Positions 48,872 to 62,487 of a stretch of 64,000 nucleotides of DNA are shown in pieces (position 1 is the stretch's first letter; each line of letters opens with the position of its first letter). A program made the translations under genes and the position numbers. Location of the stretch: positions 26,135 through 90,134 of the forward strand of contig CBDUMN010000002.1 of NCBI GenBank assembly GCA_965368335.1. Direction: 5' to 3'. Under the pieces are notes generated by a model, which saw nothing but the letters and a program-made list of their open reading frames with translations, made no database searches and was not told the origin of the DNA. This stretch comes from an uncultured Rhodospirillales bacterium (GTDB lineage: Bacteria > Pseudomonadota > Alphaproteobacteria > Rhodospirillales > JAPHRK01).

Positions 48872-49054
48872 ACACTCCCTCAAGATCAGATCGTCTTTGA
48901 GCGATTAGAGGCTGATTCACTTAGCAATCCCTTACAGAAACCACTGAAGCACATCAACCAGGCTCTAGAAACGTCAAATTTTGTAGATTAAGGAGGTACT
49001 ACAGGCGAAACGCCGATCCAAGCCTAAATGGCCGAAAGGTGTCAATAATTGGGC

Positions 49055-49279
49055 TCAAAGCCCTTCCCACTGATCTTTTGCTTCTTCTTTGAGCAGTTTT
49101 GTTAAGACGTACTCAAGCTTGCGTCTGGCGATACGCATCAAGTATTCCTCGCCCGCTTTTGGGTCGCCGACAATCGCCACCTCATGCCCTGTAATGGGAT
49201 CGACCGCCGACACCTTGACGGAAGTCCCGGAAGGGATGAATTCGTAGATGACTTCGTCCAGTTTGACCCGCTGTGTCAT
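49055..49279 (-). CDS. Small conserved-looking hypothetical protein
   Basis: 74 aa starting at MTQRVKL. It has protein-like composition. No family recognised with certainty. Confidence 0.45.
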   Translation of the reverse strand: MTQRVKLDEVIYEFIPSGTSVKVSAVDPITGHEVAIVGDPKAGEEYLMRIARRKLEYVLTKLLKEEAKDQWEGL

Positions 49280-49332
49280 GGCCCTAAACCGTTGGAATCC
49301 GAGATGCTTAAATATAAGCACCAACTCGAAAC

Positions 49333-49361
49333 AAAAAAAGGAGGTCCGAAGACCCCCTTTT
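49333..49361 (-). terminator. Intrinsic terminator after icmF
   Basis: On the minus strand the sequence reads gggggtc-ttcg-gacctcc (one G-U pair) followed by seven T. Confidence 0.7.
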
Positions 49362-49382
49362 AACCTTTTAGGTGGCTATCGC

Positions 49383-52300
49383 CTACATATTGCGTCGGTA
49401 CTGACCGCCAACCTCGAAAAGCGCATCGGTAATCTGCCCCAATGAACAGTAGCGAACCGCATCGACGAGCACGGCAAAAACGTTTTCATCATTGGTCGCC
49501 GCATCTTTCAGACGCTGAAGCATTTCGGCGTTTTTATCGGAATCCCGGGTCTGGAATTTTTTCAGCCGTGAAATTTGGCTTGCCTTTTCCTCTTCGGTGG
49601 AACGCGCCAGCTCCGGCGTCGGAATTTCCTCAGGCCCATTGGGATTGAGGAAGGTATTCACCCCAACAATCGGATAAGAACCGTCATGCTTCTTCATTTC
49701 GTAGTGCATGGATTCGTCTTGAATCTTGCCGCGCTGATAACCTGTTTCCATGGCCCCCAGAACGCCGCCACGTTCCGAAATCCTTTCGAACTCCTGCAAC
49801 ACGGCTTCTTCGACCAGGTCGGTCAATTCTTCAATGATGAAAGCGCCCTGGTTGGGGTTCTCATTTTTGGCTAAACCCCATTCCTTATTGATGATCTGCT
49901 GAATAGCCAATGCGCGCCGCACCGATTCTTCGGTCGGTGTGGTAATCGCTTCATCATATGCGTTGGTATGCAGGCTGTTGGTATTGTCGTAGGTAGCGAT
50001 CAAGGCCTGCAAAGTGGTCCGGATATCGTTAAAGTTCATCTCCTGGGCATGCAACGAACGACCGGAGGTTTGGGTATGGTACTTGAGCTTCTGAGAGCGC
50101 TCGTTGGCCCCATACTTGAATCGCATAGCCGTCGCCCAGATACGCCGCGCCACACGGCCCATGACCGAGTATTCCGGGTCCATGCCATTTGAGAAGAAGA
50201 ACGACAGGTTGGGCGCGAAATCATCGATGTGCATGCCCCGCGCCAGGTAGGTTTCCACATAAGTGAAGCCATTGGACAGGGTCAGGGCAAGCTGAGAAAT
50301 CGGATTCGCCCCAGCTTCGGCGATGTGATAGCCGGAAATCGAGACCGAGTAGAAGTTCCGCACCTTGTGTTGAACGAAATACTCCTGAATATCGGCCATC
50401 ATCTTAAGCGCGAACTCGGTCGAGAAGATGCAGGTGTTCTGCCCCTGGTCCTCTTTCAGGATATCGGCCTGAACGGTTCCACGGACGTTTTGCAAAACCC
50501 AGGCTTTGATCTTCTCGATTTCCTCATCGGTCGGGCGCCGTTTGTTCTCCTCCTCAAACACTTCCAGTTTCTGATCGAAGGCCGTATTGAGGAACATCGC
50601 CAGAATCGACGGCGCCGGACCATTGATCGTCATGGAAACCGACGTTGAGGGGGCACAGAGGTCGAACCCGCCATAGAGCACTTTCATATCGTCGAGTGTC
50701 GCAATGGAAACGCCCGAGTTGCCGATTTTACCGTAGATGTCGGGCCGTTTGTTGGGATCGTAACCGTAAAGGGTCACCGAATCGAAGGCCGTCGAAAGAC
50801 GGGTCGCCTCGCCATCCTTCGAGAGCAGCTTAAAGCGCTTATTGGTTCTAAAGGCGTCGCCTTCGCCGGCAAACATCCGGGTCGGGTCCTCACCTTCCCG
50901 CTTAAAGGCGAACACGCCCGCCGTATAGGGGAAGCTGCCCGGCAGATTTTCGCGCAACAGCCACTTCAGCAGTTCGCCATGATCTTCGTATCTTGGCAGG
51001 CAAACCTTAGGAATTTTAGTGCCGCATAGGCTCTCGTGGGTCAGTTGGGTGCGAATTTCCTTATCGCGGATTTTCACCACGTATTCGTCACCCGAATAGC
51101 TTTCCTTAACCGCCGGCCAAATCTCAAGCAACTTCTTAGCCCTGGGGTCGAGCGCTTCTTCGCGCTTCTCAATCAGGGCGTCGATATCCTTGGAGTTTTT
51201 CTTGCCGAGCATCCGCTTGGTTTCGGTGAGCTGCTGGCGTTCACGGGCGACTTGAGATTGCTCTTCAATAGTTTGATGATAGCCCCGAACCGCATCGGCG
51301 ATTTCGGCCAGATAGCGTTGGCGCTGGGCCGGGACAATCCCCTGCCCGGGTTCGGAATTGCGCACAGAAACCCGATCAAGCGAGCTTTTCCACTTGCCGA
51401 AGCCCTTTTCGTTAAACACCTCAATCAGCCGTTGATACAAAGCCGAGACGCCAAGATCGTTAAACCGCGCCGCAATGGTGCCGAACACCGGCATTTCCTC
51501 AATCGGCGTGGTGAAGGCCTCTTGATTGCGCTGCATTTGCTTTGAAACGTCGCGCAAAGCGTCCATCGCCCCTTTGCGGTCGAACTTGTTAATGGCGACC
51601 ACGTCGGCAAAATCCAGCATATCGATTTTTTCAAGCTGGCTCGCCGCCCCGAATTCGGGTGTCATCACATAAAGGGAAACGTCGGAAAACGGCACAATCC
51701 CCGCATCGCCCTGACCGATGCCGGGCGTTTCGACAATCACCAGATCCATTCCGGCAGCCTTACAGGCCTTGATCATATCGGGAATGGACTCCGGCACTTC
51801 CGATTGCGAAGTCCGGGTCGCCACCGAACGCATATAGACATTGGGAACGTTATTGGCGTTCATTCGAATACGGTCGCCGAGCAAAGCACCACCGGTTTTC
51901 CGTTTTGACGGATCGATGGCGATCACCGCAATTTTCGGTTCCTTCGAATAGAGCCGGAAACGTCGGATGATTTCATCGGTCAGGGAAGACTTACCGGCGC
52001 CGCCAGTGCCGGTGATGCCGAGAACCGGGACTTTCGTCTTTTTGTCACCCTCCGAACGCAACTCTTCCAGCATTTTACCGGAAATTTTGCCATTCTCGAG
52101 GCCGGTCAGAACACGGGACAACTCCCGTAGGTCGCCTTTCTTTAAGTTTGTCAGGTTTTTCGGCAATGACTTGGCTGGATCAAAGTCGGCACGCGAAACC
52201 ATGTCTTCGATCATTCCCTGGAGGCCCATACGTTGTCCATCGGCCGGAGAATAGATGCGCTCGACCCCATAGGTGTGCAGTTCGTCGATTTCCTCTTTGA

Positions 52301-52700
52301 CGATCACGCCGCCGCCGCCGCCAAAAACCCGGATGTCTTCACCGCCGCGTTCTTTCAAAAGATCGACCATGTATTTGAAAAACTCGACATGACCGCCCTG
52401 ATAGGATGTCACCGCAATGCCTTGAACGTCTTCCTGCAATGCCGCATTGACAACCTCTTCAACCGACCGGTTGTGGCCCATGTGAATGACTTCCGCGCCC
52501 GAGGCCTGAGTAATCCGCCGCATGATATTGATTGCGGCATCATGGCCATCGAACAGGCTCGCCGCCGTAATGAAGCGGACATTGTTTTTCAGCTTAAAGG
52601 TCTTTTTCGATTTCGCGTTCATCGTTCCATCATCCGGCATGATCATCTCCCTGGCGGCGAATTCACGCTTTTCCTGCAAGAAATTTCTCGGCAAGCGCAA
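49383..52700 (-). CDS. icmF: Fused isobutyryl-CoA mutase IcmF (B12-binding + MeaB-like GTPase + mutase domains); start uncertain
   Basis: The order is an N-terminal B12-binding domain (DGHD), then a P-loop (GTGGAGKSS) of MeaB/ArgK type, then a large C-terminal acyl-CoA mutase barrel. Confidence 0.88.
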   Translation of the reverse strand: MRLPRNFLQEKREFAAREMIMPDDGTMNAKSKKTFKLKNNVRFITAASLFDGHDAAINIMRRITQASGAEVIHMGHNRSVEEVVNAALQEDVQGIAVTSYQGGHVEFFKYMVDLLKERGGEDIRVFGGGGGVIVKEEIDELHTYGVERIYSPADGQRMGLQGMIEDMVSRADFDPAKSLPKNLTNLKKGDLRELSRVLTGLENGKISGKMLEELRSEGDKKTKVPVLGITGTGGAGKSSLTDEIIRRFRLYSKEPKIAVIAIDPSKRKTGGALLGDRIRMNANNVPNVYMRSVATRTSQSEVPESIPDMIKACKAAGMDLVIVETPGIGQGDAGIVPFSDVSLYVMTPEFGAASQLEKIDMLDFADVVAINKFDRKGAMDALRDVSKQMQRNQEAFTTPIEEMPVFGTIAARFNDLGVSALYQRLIEVFNEKGFGKWKSSLDRVSVRNSEPGQGIVPAQRQRYLAEIADAVRGYHQTIEEQSQVARERQQLTETKRMLGKKNSKDIDALIEKREEALDPRAKKLLEIWPAVKESYSGDEYVVKIRDKEIRTQLTHESLCGTKIPKVCLPRYEDHGELLKWLLRENLPGSFPYTAGVFAFKREGEDPTRMFAGEGDAFRTNKRFKLLSKDGEATRLSTAFDSVTLYGYDPNKRPDIYGKIGNSGVSIATLDDMKVLYGGFDLCAPSTSVSMTINGPAPSILAMFLNTAFDQKLEVFEEENKRRPTDEEIEKIKAWVLQNVRGTVQADILKEDQGQNTCIFSTEFALKMMADIQEYFVQHKVRNFYSVSISGYHIAEAGANPISQLALTLSNGFTYVETYLARGMHIDDFAPNLSFFFSNGMDPEYSVMGRVARRIWATAMRFKYGANERSQKLKYHTQTSGRSLHAQEMNFNDIRTTLQALIATYDNTNSLHTNAYDEAITTPTEESVRRALAIQQIINKEWGLAKNENPNQGAFIIEELTDLVEEAVLQEFERISERGGVLGAMETGYQRGKIQDESMHYEMKKHDGSYPIVGVNTFLNPNGPEEIPTPELARSTEEEKASQISRLKKFQTRDSDKNAEMLQRLKDAATNDENVFAVLVDAVRYCSLGQITDALFEVGGQYRRNM

Positions 52701-52966
52701 AAGAGGCGCATAAGCACCTTCCGTTTACGTAAACGTAAAGGATCGAATCTCTTGCGTAAAGCATCTTTTGTTGGGCGGCCACAATCCCATCCATATTTCA
52801 TTAGGACACAACGATTTGGGCATTAACGACCGTGGTTTCCCGTTATTTTACAGTTACGAAAACCGAAAGGCCGAAACACTTACCCAAATCCCTTGACCCG
52901 AAACGGGTCTCGGTGTTTTCTCCCCTTCGCCTCAGACAGGCGCTTTTTCAATCCCGGGGGGGAACA

Positions 52967-55280
<2,314 letters not shown>

Positions 55281-55356
55281 CCTTGCAGAGACCTCAAACG
55301 ACAAAAGGCGAAGCCGCGGCTTCGCCTTTTTTTATCCGTTTGCAATCGCCTGGGGA

Positions 55357-55866
55357 TTAAGCGGGGACTTCACCGATGCCCATGCCTTTGAAGGCCAAAA
55401 GTTTGTCCACATCGAGAATGACCATCAAGCGCCCTTCCAGTCGATAAACGCCATTGGCGAAGTCACGCCAGAGCGGATCGAGGGTGTTGGGATTTTTCTC
55501 GAAATCGTCATCCTGCATACTAAGCACTTCACCAACCTTATCGACCAGGAAGGTATAGAGGTCATTCACATGCTCGACCGTCACGCCCATGCCCATATCG
55601 CCTTCTTCCCTTTTCGGCAGGCCCAAGCGAGTCCTTACGTCGATCACGGTGACAATACGTCCCCGTAAGTTGATCGATCCGGCGACTTCCGGCGGCGCCA
55701 AAGGGATGGAAGCAATGGAATCAGGGGTTAGAATGTCCTGAACCTGAAGAACAGGAATTCCAAACAACTGTTTGTCGATGAAAAAAGTGACAAAATCTTC
55801 GGTTTCGATGCTTTGCGCGACGTCAACCGAGCGTGATTCCGCGGCTACGACCTGATTCATTCTCAT
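55357..55866 (-). CDS. cheW: Chemotaxis coupling protein CheW
   Basis: 169 aa. FFIDKQLFGIPVLQVQDI...GSINLRGRIVTVIDV is the CheW domain. Confidence 0.85.
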   Translation of the reverse strand: MRMNQVVAAESRSVDVAQSIETEDFVTFFIDKQLFGIPVLQVQDILTPDSIASIPLAPPEVAGSINLRGRIVTVIDVRTRLGLPKREEGDMGMGVTVEHVNDLYTFLVDKVGEVLSMQDDDFEKNPNTLDPLWRDFANGVYRLEGRLMVILDVDKLLAFKGMGIGEVPA

Positions 55867-55964
55867 TCTCCGGTAGCAACGTCTTTATGTTCCCTGGCGT
55901 GAATCATAACGGGCCTTTGAATAAATCTCCATAAAAATCAAAGAGATTGGACCATTTTTGATTT

Positions 55965-56849
55965 TTAACCGGACGATGCGAGCCAATCGCGAACAAACTC
56001 TATTTGTTTTTCATCCATCAGAGCCGGGGCGTGACCGGTATTTTCGATCTCGACCAGTTCAGCCTCAGGGCCATCGGTCAACATTCGCTCAGCCGTTTCC
56101 TCCGTCAAGAGATCAGATTCTTTTCCCCTGACGATCAAAACCGGGCAACTGATCTGGTTCCAAACCGGCCAAAGATCCACATCGTCCAATTCTACGCCCT
56201 TAAAGGCATCGCCAATTGCCGGATCATAATGAAGAACAAAACCGCTCTTTTCACCCCGGCGCGCGCTGTGCTTGGCAAGATGTCGCCATTGCGCATCGCT
56301 CAAAGGACCGAAAGGAGCATGCACTTCACGCAGATACTCTTCAACCCCTTCAACGTCTTCAAAATGAGGTTTGCCGCCGACATACTCTCCGATTCGTTCC
56401 AGCGAAGCCTTGGGAATAAAGGGCCCGACATCGTTGAGAACCAAACGGCGGATGGGAGAATTGGGCTGAGCAGCCAGCATCATACCGATCAATCCCCCCA
56501 TGGAGGTGCCGATCCAGTCCACTTCGGACACACCTAAACGGGCAATCATCGCCGCCATATCGTTAATATAGGTGGGATAGGCGTAGTCCTCCGGGTGGAT
56601 CAACCAATCGCTTTGCCCACGCCCCGCCACATCAGGACAGGCGACCCGATAATCTTCAGCCAAGACGGCGGCCAGGGCGTCGAAATCCCGACCGTTCCGG
56701 GTCAACCCATGCACGCAGACCGCTGTCGTTTCATTGTGTGCGCGCCCCCACTGAGTATAGGCGATTTTGTGAAAACCGTGCGGCCCCAAGCTCAAAAAAT
56801 GTTTTTGCGAAAATGCATCTTGTTTTTCAGTCATTTCCAGATACCCCAT
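55965..56849 (-). CDS. Alpha/beta-fold hydrolase
   Basis: HGLTRNGRDF oxyanion region, nucleophile elbow GTSMGG and a C-terminal His (NTGHAP). Confidence 0.8.
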   Translation of the reverse strand: MGYLEMTEKQDAFSQKHFLSLGPHGFHKIAYTQWGRAHNETTAVCVHGLTRNGRDFDALAAVLAEDYRVACPDVAGRGQSDWLIHPEDYAYPTYINDMAAMIARLGVSEVDWIGTSMGGLIGMMLAAQPNSPIRRLVLNDVGPFIPKASLERIGEYVGGKPHFEDVEGVEEYLREVHAPFGPLSDAQWRHLAKHSARRGEKSGFVLHYDPAIGDAFKGVELDDVDLWPVWNQISCPVLIVRGKESDLLTEETAERMLTDGPEAELVEIENTGHAPALMDEKQIEFVRDWLASSG

Positions 56850-56951
56850 GGTTGGCGGAGCCTTGCGCCCCCCTTACAAAAAGAGATATTGGTTCAGGCA
56901 GGAAATAACAAGTCGAATAGCGCCTCGGTTTGAGGCCCTCGGAGGAACCCC

Positions 56952-58109
56952 ATGGCCCTGGATGGCCCCTTAAACGGTATTGTCGTCGTAGATCTGACCC
57001 GTGTCCTGGCGGGCCCCTACTGCACCATGCTTCTCGCCGATCTTGGAGCCAGAGTAATCAAGGTCGAGCGCCCCGACACAGGCGACGATTCGCGTAATTT
57101 CGGACCTTTTGTCGATGGCAAATCAGTCTATTTCGCCTCTCTCAACCGGGAAAAAGAAAGCATCGCCATCGACCTGAAGTCGGAAGCCGGACGCGCCGAA
57201 TTCAACCAACTCCTTGAAAAAGCCGACGTGCTGGTTGAGAATTTTCGCGCCGGGACCATGGAAAAACTGGGCCTTGGCTGGGAAACCCTGCACCAACGTT
57301 TTCCAAAGCTAATCTATGCCGCGGCTTCGGGCTTTGGTCACACAGGCCCCTACTCTCACCGCCCGGCCTACGACATGGTGGTTCAGGCGATGGGGGGCGT
57401 TATGAGCCTGACCGGGCATCCGGGAAGTCCTCCAACCCGGGTCGGCACCTCCATTGGCGATCTTGCCGCCGGGCTTTTCACTACCATCGGCATCAATTCG
57501 GCTCTTTATCACCGCGCCCAAACAGGAGAAGCCATCAAGGTCGACGTCGCCATGCTCGATAGTCAGGTGGCTATTTTGGAAAATTCCATCGCCCGCTATT
57601 CCGTATCGGGGCAAATTCCAGGTCCCATCGGTTCACGCCATCCGACGATTACCCCGTTTGCCGCTTTTGAAACAAAAAACGGACATGTGGTCATTGCCGC
57701 AGGAACCGACGCTATTTTCAAACGTCTTTGCCATGCTATTGAACGACCGGAACTCATTGAAAATCCATTTTTCTTAACCAATCCCCTACGCACCGAGCAC
57801 GAACCGGCGCTGAAAGACGAGTTGGAAGCGACCTTAAAAAACCGCACCACCGAAGACTGGCTCGCCACCCTTGAGAAGGCCGATATTCCCTGCGCCCCCA
57901 TTAACAATATCGCTCAGGTTCTTGAAGACCCACAGGTGCAGGCGCGCAACATGGTCGTTCACTCGGAAGACGAAACCTTTGGTGAGTTATTGATGCCCGG
58001 TAATCCGATCAAGATGTCAGCCTTCGCCGACCCAAAAGAAAGACGGTCGGCCCCCAACTTGGACGCCGACCGCAAGAGAATAGAAAAACTATTCAAAACA
58101 AAACATTGA
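56952..58109 (+). CDS. Family III CoA-transferase (CaiB/BaiF)
   Basis: GIVVVDLTRVLAGPYCTMLLADLGARVIKVE is the typical N-terminus. Confidence 0.88.
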   Translation: MALDGPLNGIVVVDLTRVLAGPYCTMLLADLGARVIKVERPDTGDDSRNFGPFVDGKSVYFASLNREKESIAIDLKSEAGRAEFNQLLEKADVLVENFRAGTMEKLGLGWETLHQRFPKLIYAAASGFGHTGPYSHRPAYDMVVQAMGGVMSLTGHPGSPPTRVGTSIGDLAAGLFTTIGINSALYHRAQTGEAIKVDVAMLDSQVAILENSIARYSVSGQIPGPIGSRHPTITPFAAFETKNGHVVIAAGTDAIFKRLCHAIERPELIENPFFLTNPLRTEHEPALKDELEATLKNRTTEDWLATLEKADIPCAPINNIAQVLEDPQVQARNMVVHSEDETFGELLMPGNPIKMSAFADPKERRSAPNLDADRKRIEKLFKTKH

Positions 58110-58118
58110 AGAGACTTT

Positions 58119-59498
58119 TTAAGCTGAAAGACCAATTTTACTACGGCAGTGAGTTTTCACTTCATCCAGCAATTCCAGAACGTCCTTTGACGCTTCCATG
58201 CATTGGCTCATAGTTGCCAAGGCGGCGTCAATATCGTGGTTACCAAGGTGCTCCAAAGCCTCGTGCCCAAGGTCGTGCACTTTCTTATGGGGCGCTTCCA
58301 AGGCCACATAGGCGGGATCGGCCTTTGTTTCAGGGTCCTTCGCTGCAATGTCATAATACCATTTGCCTAACCGACAATTGGTATGGGAAGCGAGGTTGCC
58401 TGGCTCAATGACGGTTCTGCCGATCATCGCATTCATGAGATTCTTCATAAAGCGGATATGGTCGGCCTTTGCGATCTCAACGGTTCCTGCAGAAATTTGG
58501 TATTTAATAAGGGCTTCAAGTCGCTCGACGATGACACCATCGGCTTTATCCATGGTATCGACGACCCGATTGACGCTGGTGACGTTACGATCCGTCATAT
58601 CCGCAATGACCGAAACGCCCTGAGCCACTTCTCCTGACGCCTCACTCTGTTGCGACAAAATGGCTGAAACATCTTCCATTTTGGTCGTAACGCCTTCCAC
58701 CTGAGAGGCAATATCGCGCATGCCATTGCTGGTTGTCTGGATCACCTCCCGCCCCTCATCAACGGCCTTTGCGCCTTCCTCCATCGAGCTGACAATCGTT
58801 GCCATATCGCTTCTTAAGGCTTCGATACGCGCTCGGATATCTTCGGTCGCCTTCGCCGTCTGATTAGCCAGGTTTTTTACTTCACCGGCAACAACGGCAA
58901 AACCTTTCCCCGCTTCCCCCGCTCGCGCGGCTTCAATGGTCGCATTCAACGCCAGAAGGTTGGTTTGTTTGGCAATCGCCTCGATAGATTGAACGATTTC
59001 TCCGATTTTTTCCGAAGCTTCGGCTAATGTTTCCACTTGGCCTGCGGCGTTTTCCACGGCACTTGAAATATTCGCCATAGCAACTTCTGCTTTTTCGGCC
59101 GACCGAATGCCCTCATTGGCCGTTGTCCGCACCAGGGTGGCATCATTTGAAGCCGCCTCGCTGGTCGTAGCAATTTCCTTCACCGAGGCGACCATCTCTT
59201 CAGCAGCAGCTGAGATTGCCTGACTTCGGTTATTGACCTCTCTTACATCACGCAGCATCCCAGCCATTTCCATCATGGCGCTACTGCACTCCATGGAAAC
59301 GGAAACCGTGCCCTCAAGACTCTCCATCTCGCGCTGCTCAAGCGTAATGGCGAGTTGTCTAATATCCTCACCAATAGAGGAGTCCGCTATCAGATCGAGG
59401 AATTTACCCTCGCCCAATCGCTGCGCTCCGCTATCACCCGCAATCTGGAGATCACCTTCCCTCTCTAACGTATCCATTCTTTCCTCCGTAACCCGCAA
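58119..59498 (-). CDS. Soluble methyl-accepting chemotaxis protein with a C-terminal CZB zinc-binding domain
   Basis: MCP signalling hairpin ([34 protein letters not shown]), no TM segment, and a CZB-like C-terminus (DHIRF...[11 protein letters not shown]...PHKKVH). Confidence 0.85.
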   Translation of the reverse strand: MRVTEERMDTLEREGDLQIAGDSGAQRLGEGKFLDLIADSSIGEDIRQLAITLEQREMESLEGTVSVSMECSSAMMEMAGMLRDVREVNNRSQAISAAAEEMVASVKEIATTSEAASNDATLVRTTANEGIRSAEKAEVAMANISSAVENAAGQVETLAEASEKIGEIVQSIEAIAKQTNLLALNATIEAARAGEAGKGFAVVAGEVKNLANQTAKATEDIRARIEALRSDMATIVSSMEEGAKAVDEGREVIQTTSNGMRDIASQVEGVTTKMEDVSAILSQQSEASGEVAQGVSVIADMTDRNVTSVNRVVDTMDKADGVIVERLEALIKYQISAGTVEIAKADHIRFMKNLMNAMIGRTVIEPGNLASHTNCRLGKWYYDIAAKDPETKADPAYVALEAPHKKVHDLGHEALEHLGNHDIDAALATMSQCMEASKDVLELLDEVKTHCRSKIGLSA

Positions 59499-59626
59499 TA
59501 CGCGCCACCTCCCCTTTTCACTCGCGCAGAACAGTACAGTAAATCACACAAAATTTTGATGATTTTTTTAGGGCTGATGCTACTTTTGAAACGATTTCGG
59601 CTTTCTTCCGGCATGACGAGAAACAA

Positions 59627-60847
59627 ATGACAATCAAAACGGCAGAAGCGATCCACCCTATGAACGGCGGCGTTGCGAGAACCCCCACTCTTCACTCGCC
59701 AATGCTCAGCAAACTCTCCGATTCGGAGGTCTGGCTGAAACTAGAAAACCTTCAAACCACCGGATCGTTTAAAGTACGCGGTGCACAAACGAAGCTTTCA
59801 ACGTTATCTCCAGAACAACGAAAAAAAGGGGTAATCGCGGCATCTGCTGGAAATCATGCCCAAGGGGTCGCCTATCATGCCGAGAAACTAGGTATCCCCG
59901 CGACAATCGTCATGCCCAAGTCTACCCCTTTCACAAAAGTCGCTCGAACCGAAGCCTTAGGCGCCACCATTGTCCTGGAAGGTGAAACTCTAAGCGAAGC
60001 CAGCGACAAGGCGCATCAATTGGAACGGGAAAATGGCCTGACCTATATTCCCCCTTACGATGACCCAGACATCATTGCCGGTCAGGGGTCCGTCATGCAT
60101 GAGTTCCTAGAGGACGCCCCCTCCCTGGACAGTGTAATCGTCCCTATTGGCGGCGGCGGCTTGATTTCCGGATGCGCTCTCGCTGTTAAGGAGGTGGGTG
60201 CTCAAACAAAACTTTTCGGGGTCCAGTCGGCTCTTTTCCCTTCCATGATCTCAGCATTGGAAGGAACGACGCCAAATATCGGCGGTCAAACCATTGCCGA
60301 AGGAATCGCCGTTAAAACTCCCGGTGTTCTTACTAAAACGATCATCGAAAAATACGTTCAGAAAATTTTCCAAGTCGATGAAACGACTCTGGAAAAAGCC
60401 GTTCACCTTCTCCTTATCGAGCAGAAACTAGTGGTTGAAGGGGCTGGAGCCGCTCCACTGGCCGCCCTGATCAAACACAAGGAGACCTTTAAAGGCCAAA
60501 AAGTCGGACTGGTTATCTCAGGGGGCAATATCGACGCCCGGATATTAAGCGCCGTGCTTATGCGAGGGCTTGCCCGCGAGGGGCGTCTGGCCCGCCTCCG
60601 CATGGAAGTGCCTGATGCGCCCGGCAGCCTCGCCCGAGCCACAGAAATCATCGGAAAACGCAACGGCAATATTATTGAAATTCATCATCGGCGACTTTTC
60701 TATGACATCCCGGTCAAAATGACCGAAGTCGACGTCATCATCGAAACCATTGACGGAAGTCAATTGGACGATATCGTAACAGCGCTCGTTCAGGCTGGTT
60801 TTCCGACCGTGACGCTCAAAAACACCTCCAGCGCCGACCCCGGCTAG
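59627..60847 (+). CDS. ilvA: Threonine ammonia-lyase (short form with a single regulatory domain)
   Basis: PLP lysine context (ENLQTTGSFKVRGA), SAGNHAQG and a C-terminal ACT-like domain. Confidence 0.88.
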   Translation: MTIKTAEAIHPMNGGVARTPTLHSPMLSKLSDSEVWLKLENLQTTGSFKVRGAQTKLSTLSPEQRKKGVIAASAGNHAQGVAYHAEKLGIPATIVMPKSTPFTKVARTEALGATIVLEGETLSEASDKAHQLERENGLTYIPPYDDPDIIAGQGSVMHEFLEDAPSLDSVIVPIGGGGLISGCALAVKEVGAQTKLFGVQSALFPSMISALEGTTPNIGGQTIAEGIAVKTPGVLTKTIIEKYVQKIFQVDETTLEKAVHLLLIEQKLVVEGAGAAPLAALIKHKETFKGQKVGLVISGGNIDARILSAVLMRGLAREGRLARLRMEVPDAPGSLARATEIIGKRNGNIIEIHHRRLFYDIPVKMTEVDVIIETIDGSQLDDIVTALVQAGFPTVTLKNTSSADPG

Positions 60848-61326
60848 GAATCTGCCAACGCGCGATATCCGCCTTGATAGTAAACAAGAGGCTTTCCGCT
60901 ATCCTTGGCTTTTATGGCGACAACACGACCGATATAAATGAAATGATCCCCGGCATCGTGCACCGCTTCTTTGCGACACTCGATGTTGGCCAGGCAGTCT
61001 TTCAGCAACGGCACCCCCGTCTCTCCCGTGTCAGTTTCCTGACCGCCGAATTTGTCGGCATCGCGCGAGGCAAAGAGGTTGGAAAGATTTTGCTGATCTT
61101 CCGAAAGAATATTGACAGCAAAGGCATCGCCTTTATCAAAAGCATCGAGACACCCTGTCTGCTTGCCGATACACACCATAACTAGAGGGGGCTCAAGCGA
61201 AACCGACGAAAAAGCCGTCACCGTCAAGCCGGCAGGACCGCCATTCGGCAACCGGCCCGTCACGACGGTTACACCTGCGGCAAAATTGCCAAGCGCTTTC
61301 CTGAAATCGTTCGCATCGATAGCCAT
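60844..61326 (-). CDS. Flavin reductase family protein
   Basis: 160 aa. FRKALGNFAAGVTVVT and TAFSSVSLEPPLV are typical of the flavin reductase-like domain. Confidence 0.85.
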   Translation of the reverse strand: MAIDANDFRKALGNFAAGVTVVTGRLPNGGPAGLTVTAFSSVSLEPPLVMVCIGKQTGCLDAFDKGDAFAVNILSEDQQNLSNLFASRDADKFGGQETDTGETGVPLLKDCLANIECRKEAVHDAGDHFIYIGRVVAIKAKDSGKPLVYYQGGYRALADS

Positions 61327-61608
61327 TTTTATTTTCCCAAAGCGATGGTTTATCTGAGTCGAAGGGTTCTAAATAAGCGGGATGACACAACAACTCAAGG
61401 AACGTTTACCAAAATTAAAAAATAGTTCGAGTAGAGATAGAAACGATGATACTTTTCTGTAATTACACGGAAAAGTGTCGTTGGAATGCGGAAGAAAGAC
61501 GCGCTACGGCTTCTCGCCAAGCGGAAAAAGAAGATACTTCGATCTCGCTCCGGGACGGGCGGATTGAAGGGTTGGGTAACGGGATAATAATATAACTAGG
61601 GCTGCTGG

Positions 61609-62466
61609 ATGTTCTTCATAATCGGCTTTGTCATCGTTATCGCCAGCGTCATCGGCGGGTATCTGGGTGTGGGGGGACACCTGGAGGTTTTATGGCAACC
61701 CTTCGAATATGTCATTATTTTCGGCGCAGCCATCGGCGCGACGGTTATTGGCAACCCCAAACCGGTCATTACTGGCTTGGCGAAGAGTTTTGGCAAACTC
61801 TTAAGCGGCTCTAAATATAAGCAAGAACACTACGAAGAACTGCTGGGTGTACTCTTTTCGGTCTTCAAGCTTGCCAAGGTTAAAGGCGACCTCGCCCTTG
61901 AAAGCCATGTTGAAAAGCCGGACGAAAGCTCCCTCTTTCAGAAATTTCCGGGGTTTGCCGACGATCATCACGCTTTAGAATTTTTCTGCGACTACCTGCG
62001 CCTTTTAACACTTGGCGTCAGCGTCTCCCATGAAGTAGAGGCGGTGATGGACGCGGAACTGGAAACTCACCACCACGAAAACGCTTCTATTTCCGGCGCT
62101 TTGACCACAATGGGCGACGCCATGCCGGCTCTCGGGATCGTCGCCGCCGTGTTGGGCGTGATCCACACCATGGGATCGATCACCGAACCCCCCGAAGTAT
62201 TGGGGCATTTGATTGGCGGCGCGCTGGTCGGGACTTTCTCGGGCGTTTTAATGTCTTACGGCTTCGTTAGCCCCATGGGCGCTTTTCTCGGTAAAGTGTT
62301 CGATACGGAACACCAATATATGCTTTGCATCAAAATTGGCCTGATCGCTCACATGCAGGGGTATGCTCCACAGGTTTCAACCGAGTTCGCCCGCAAGGCC
62401 ATTCCTTCCGATGTGCGCCCGACCTTCGCTGAGACTGAAGAGATGCTTCAGAACATTCCAGACTAA
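61609..62466 (+). CDS. motA: Flagellar motor stator protein MotA
   Basis: 285 aa, 4 TM helices, MotA/ExbB-type C-terminal channel region (ALGIVAAVLGVIHTM). Confidence 0.88.
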   Translation: MFFIIGFVIVIASVIGGYLGVGGHLEVLWQPFEYVIIFGAAIGATVIGNPKPVITGLAKSFGKLLSGSKYKQEHYEELLGVLFSVFKLAKVKGDLALESHVEKPDESSLFQKFPGFADDHHALEFFCDYLRLLTLGVSVSHEVEAVMDAELETHHHENASISGALTTMGDAMPALGIVAAVLGVIHTMGSITEPPEVLGHLIGGALVGTFSGVLMSYGFVSPMGAFLGKVFDTEHQYMLCIKIGLIAHMQGYAPQVSTEFARKAIPSDVRPTFAETEEMLQNIPD

Positions 62467-62487
62467 TCCAGGGACTGGTCCGAACTG

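Noticed and set aside
52701-52966. A SAM-II or other SAM riboswitch upstream of metY
   Set aside because: Alphaproteobacterial met genes often carry one. I could not find the conserved AAAGCU element or a convincing pseudoknot pairing by eye. A covariance-model scan (Rfam SAM-II, SAM-V, SAM/SAH) would be needed, so I make no call.
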